A stretch of DNA of 52,787 bases from positions 1 to 52,787 of IMG/VR virus record IMGVR_UViG_3300002056_000004; one strand, given 5' to 3'. This document shows, in pieces, positions 50,098-52,787 of this stretch. The translations under genes were made by a program, and so were the position numbers. Origin of the DNA: a virus. Below the pieces are notes generated by a model. That model saw only the letters and a list, made by a program, of their open reading frames with translations. It was not told the origin of the DNA and searched no databases. Within the stretch, counting starts at the first letter, position 1; the number at the start of each line of letters is the position of its first letter.

Positions 50098-50132
50098 GAT
50101 GGACGGGTCATTCAGGGCGAGACCCGTCCATC
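50098..50132. repeat. 12-bp perfect inverted repeat between ssb and the next gene
   Basis: GATGGACGGGTC attcagggcga GACCCGTCCATC. No U-tract on either strand. Confidence 0.7.
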
Positions 50133-50157
50133 GGGGCTTTAACGCGGGGGTAACGCG

Positions 50158-50601
50158 CTAAAATGGAATCTCATCATCAATATCGCTGTGATTTGATGAT
50201 GACTGAGATTGATCTTGATAACCGCCAGACTGGTTATTCCCGCCGCTATCGTCTCGCTTGTCGAGTAACTGCAAAACACCGCCATAGCCCTGCAGAACGA
50301 CTTCAGTTGAATATCGATCCTTGCCTTCATTGTCTTGCCATTTGCGAGTTTGCAACTGGCCTTCAATATAGACTTTGGAGCCTTTCTTTGCGTAATTCTC
50401 AATCACCTTGCAAAGCCCTTCACTGAAACATACGACACGATGCCATTCAGTCTTTTCCTTGCGTTCGCCTGTATTTTTATCCTTCCAGGTATCGGAAGTT
50501 GCGAGGCTTAGGTTAGCGACAGGTCGTCCATCCTGAGTGCGCTTGATATCAGGGTCTGAACCCAACCGGCCTAGTAGTATTACCTTGTTTACGCTTGCCA
50601 T
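50158..50601 (-). CDS. ssb: Single-stranded DNA-binding protein
   Basis: [42 protein letters not shown].. OB-fold pattern and an acidic tail DDEIPF. Confidence 0.92.
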   Translation of the reverse strand: MASVNKVILLGRLGSDPDIKRTQDGRPVANLSLATSDTWKDKNTGERKEKTEWHRVVCFSEGLCKVIENYAKKGSKVYIEGQLQTRKWQDNEGKDRYSTEVVLQGYGGVLQLLDKRDDSGGNNQSGGYQDQSQSSSNHSDIDDEIPF

Positions 50602-51227
50602 TATTCAGCCGCCTCCTTTGGTAGTAGTTGTTGAATTTTGTCGTTCATATCCGCAATGAAGTCCCTCACGTGATCTTCGATTGATATAATCAACTCATGG
50701 TCGGCATGAATGCGCCTGACGTGCATTTGAAGGCTTGCAGGTAATCTTGGGTCATATGAAACAAAGTCGCACCACTTGCGTTCTGTGCAAGCCATTTGCC
50801 ATTGCATTTGCTTCGTGTAATTGCCTTTGATTGACCCTCCCAAAAGTGTTTCCAAGTGGGTTGCAGTGTTTGGGCATTTGATTTCTACAAGCCCGTCATT
50901 ACCGACTAATCCATCTGGGGATGCACCGCTTTCCTGAATGGATGGATGCGAGACAAAGCCAACTTCCTGCACTGTAACATCATTCATAAATTCGTAGTTT
51001 GCACGTGCTTCGGCTTCGACCTCGTTACCGCGCTCCATGGCTGGCGATTTGAACGTTTCCGCGACTTCACCAGTAAGGCGTTCTGCAATCAATTGGGCTT
51101 CATAGTTTTTTCGACCTGCGCCCCATCCTGACTTCGTTTTTGCCATAAGGTCTGCAATGCGACTGGCAGTAACCTTACCAAGCCTTTCCTTAAACCATTC
51201 ATCGGAACCTTGAATAATGTTATCCAT
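50601..51227 (-). CDS. YqaJ-type (lambda Exo-like, PD-(D/E)XK) recombination exonuclease
   Basis: [22 protein letters not shown] ... [17 protein letters not shown]. Confidence 0.85.
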   Translation of the reverse strand: MDNIIQGSDEWFKERLGKVTASRIADLMAKTKSGWGAGRKNYEAQLIAERLTGEVAETFKSPAMERGNEVEAEARANYEFMNDVTVQEVGFVSHPSIQESGASPDGLVGNDGLVEIKCPNTATHLETLLGGSIKGNYTKQMQWQMACTERKWCDFVSYDPRLPASLQMHVRRIHADHELIISIEDHVRDFIADMNDKIQQLLPKEAAE

Positions 51228-51948
51228 TGGAACCGCCTTTCTTGGCCAAAAGCAATGCCCTCACTTTTTCAAAATCAGAGCCTCGGATTTCGTCAATGCT
51301 TGGGACTTTCATTATCTGTAGAAGCTTTTTTGTGTCAGAGTTTGTTTCCTGTATAAGGGCAAGCAATTCTTCTTTTTGCTCTTCCTCAATCACCCCATAT
51401 TTGACAGCGCCAGCGCCATCATCATCATTGGTGGTGGAGAGTCCAAGCGCCAAAGTAAGTGTGTACCTTTGAAGGTAGGTAATTGCAGATCCGATAGCTT
51501 GAATTGCGTTCTTGTTGCCTGACGTATCTGTTGGAGCGTCAAGGGTGGTTTCCTCTGAATAGCCATCTTTGTGAGACAAAACGCATGTAACGCTAACACG
51601 GTCGCCCTTGTTTGATCTAAATCGATACGATAGCCCAAAACTCGTCAAAACAGGGTCAACTTGCTCTGATATGTTTGCAAGGTCTGCATAGTTTGAATTG
51701 TGGCCTTTCCGGTTTTTGAAAATCGGTTTGATTTCTGATTTTGCGCCAGATATAGCCGCGTCGAAAGATTTTCGGCTTTGATTTGCGTCCCAACGCTCTT
51801 GCAGGGTCATAAGCTTTTCAATAACCTCAATTCCAGCGCCACTTGAAACGGCCTTGTTAATCATTTCCATTGGCGTTAGAGCGTTACCAACGTCTTGTTG
51901 ATTTATTTTTGCTACTTCACTCATTTGATTTCCTTTATGTTCAGCCAT
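51220..51948 (-). CDS. ERF-family single-strand annealing protein
   Basis: ..NSNYADLANISEQVDPVLTSFGLSY...AIGSAITYLQRYTLTLALGLSTTNDDDG matches the ERF superfamily pattern. Confidence 0.8.
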   Translation of the reverse strand: MAEHKGNQMSEVAKINQQDVGNALTPMEMINKAVSSGAGIEVIEKLMTLQERWDANQSRKSFDAAISGAKSEIKPIFKNRKGHNSNYADLANISEQVDPVLTSFGLSYRFRSNKGDRVSVTCVLSHKDGYSEETTLDAPTDTSGNKNAIQAIGSAITYLQRYTLTLALGLSTTNDDDGAGAVKYGVIEEEQKEELLALIQETNSDTKKLLQIMKVPSIDEIRGSDFEKVRALLLAKKGGSNG

Positions 51949-52100
51949 CACTTGCCCTCACTCTTCGCGTTCTCTGCATTAAGTCGAACAGCCTCGGAAA
52001 GAGCATCACTTCGGGTCGGCATTTGCTTGTAAGGCTTACCGGCCTTCATTACCGTTCGATTGATATCAACGCTGTATATTGGCTTTGGAGCATCAGTCAT
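51948..52100 (-). CDS. Small hypothetical protein (50 aa)
   Basis: ATG 52100 forms an ATGA overlap with the upstream small ORF. The track ORF extends to 52154. Confidence 0.4.
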   Translation of the reverse strand: MTDAPKPIYSVDINRTVMKAGKPYKQMPTRSDALSEAVRLNAENAKSEGK

Positions 52101-52222
52101 TTGACACCTCCCATAACCAATCCAAGGCCAAGGATTCCAATGGTCACAATCCATGCTGAAACAAGCAGGGCGATATAGCCGAGTGTATTACAGCGTTTTG
52201 GGGTAGGGGCGCGGAAACTCAT
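52097..52222 (-). CDS. Small TM peptide (41 aa)
   Basis: MSFRAPTPKRCNTLGYIALLVSAWIVTIGILGLGLVMGGVK. ATGA overlaps at both ends. Below the track threshold. Confidence 0.4.
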   Translation of the reverse strand: MSFRAPTPKRCNTLGYIALLVSAWIVTIGILGLGLVMGGVK

Positions 52223-52560
52223 GACTGACGCGCCTCCAATGCTTTGACCACTATTTTGTCGTGGTCTTTGTCTATTTGGGATTGAACCGCGCTAAACAGA
52301 TAAGCAGTTTGCTCATTGTACTGAAGCACCTCTGCTTGCTTGTAGAGCGGTTTGTATTCGTCTGGTTCGTTAACCAGATAAAGACCGTCAATGCTAACCT
52401 CGGAATTGTCATAAGCGTCCATGCTGACAATGATTTCAGCCCAAAGGGCATTGCAGGCTATGATGATTTCGTACCCGTTTTGAGTAAGAACTATCTCATC
52501 AAAGTTCATGCGCAATTCGTGATGGTCGAATATGTCTTGCTTTACTTTTGCGTAACCCAT
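52219..52560 (-). CDS. Hypothetical early protein (113 aa)
   Basis: Second gene of the leftward operon. No motif recognised. Confidence 0.6.
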   Translation of the reverse strand: MGYAKVKQDIFDHHELRMNFDEIVLTQNGYEIIIACNALWAEIIVSMDAYDNSEVSIDGLYLVNEPDEYKPLYKQAEVLQYNEQTAYLFSAVQSQIDKDHDKIVVKALEARQS

Positions 52561-52571
52561 TTTCTTATTTC

Positions 52572-52787
52572 CTATGCTTGCTTCAGGATTTGAAGGAATG
52601 ATTGAGCTTGACGCTCAATTTCGACATCGGCAGCACCGGCGGTACGGGCGGCATAGGCGGCAAAACGGGCGGCATAGGCGGCTAAACGGGCGACATAGGC
52701 GGCATAGGCGGCGGCATCGGCGGCGGTACAGGCGGCGGCATAGGCGGCATAGGCGGCGGCATCGGCGGCGGTACAGGCGGCGTCATG
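52572..52787 (-). CDS. C-terminal part of the Ala-rich-repeat protein (continuation of 493-1; the last 49 nt duplicate 1-49)
   Basis: In-frame reading ..AAACTAADAAAYAAYVARLAAYAARFAAYAARTAGAADVEIERQAQSFLQILKQA, with stop TAG at 52574-52572. Confidence 0.7.
   Translation of the reverse strand, partial: HDAACTAADAAAYAAYAAACTAADAAAYAAYVARLAAYAARFAAYAARTAGAADVEIERQAQSFLQILKQA
52694..52783. repeat. Tandem 45-nt coding repeat (two units) within a longer GCC/GCG-rich degenerate repeat region starting near 52640
   Basis: cataggcggcataggcggcggcatcggcggcggtacaggcggcgg at 52694-52738 and again at 52739-52783 (last base differs). Shorter cataggcggc subunits lie upstream. Confidence 0.85.

Noticed and set aside
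52600-52787. GC-rich short tandem repeats (cataggcggc units) at both window ends, considered as a CRISPR array or non-coding satellite
   Set aside because: There are no spacer-like unique segments. The units are multiples of 3 nt and read as an uninterrupted Ala-rich ORF on the minus strand that continues into a normal globular domain.

Overview
The window is a complete temperate phage genome of about 52.7 kb in circular (attP) form. Bases 1-49 are identical to 52739-52787, and a minus-strand gene reads in frame across that junction. The layout is lambda-like. A CI/LexA-type repressor (945-1550) is flanked by two promoters that carry the same 19-21 bp operator. The rightward arm runs cro-like gene, DnaA-domain and O-like replication genes with intragenic iterons, two DNA methyltransferases, GapR-like, RusA and a TIGR02594 hydrolase. 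The leftward arm wraps the junction and runs ERF, YqaJ exonuclease, SSB, HNH, xis and int, ending at an attP that carries the 5' 40 nt of a tRNA-Pro(UGG). Virion genes are a hybrid. The head is lambda-type: a cos-like repeat array, Nu1/gpA-like terminase, gpW, lambda-family portal, S49 protease, gpD-like decorator and gpE-like capsid. The tail is a Mu-type contractile tail: sheath, tube, a chaperone with a T_TTT_TTT -1 frameshift, tape measure and gp43-48 baseplate. It is followed by a GH19 endolysin and overlapping spanins. GapR/DUF2312, the tRNA-Pro sequence and a GTA-like capsid paralogue suggest an alphaproteobacterial host; this is inference only. Most notable: (1) an orphan HK97/GTA-type major capsid paralogue without delta domain, in the early-left operon next to xis/int; (2) an intact IS1595-family element (25-bp IRs, 8-bp target duplication) carrying a two-gene passenger cassette of a Zn-ribbon protein and a membrane protein; (3) a second IS1595-type transposase-like gene without IRs, translationally coupled inside the replication module; (4) a C5-methyltransferase locus where two overlapping reading frames both carry methyltransferase motifs; (5) an HTH-metallophosphoesterase after the lysis cassette; (6) an Asn-rich beta-helix protein between capsid and tail genes; (7) a structured late-operon leader. 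All functional calls rest on motif recognition by eye; no database search was possible.
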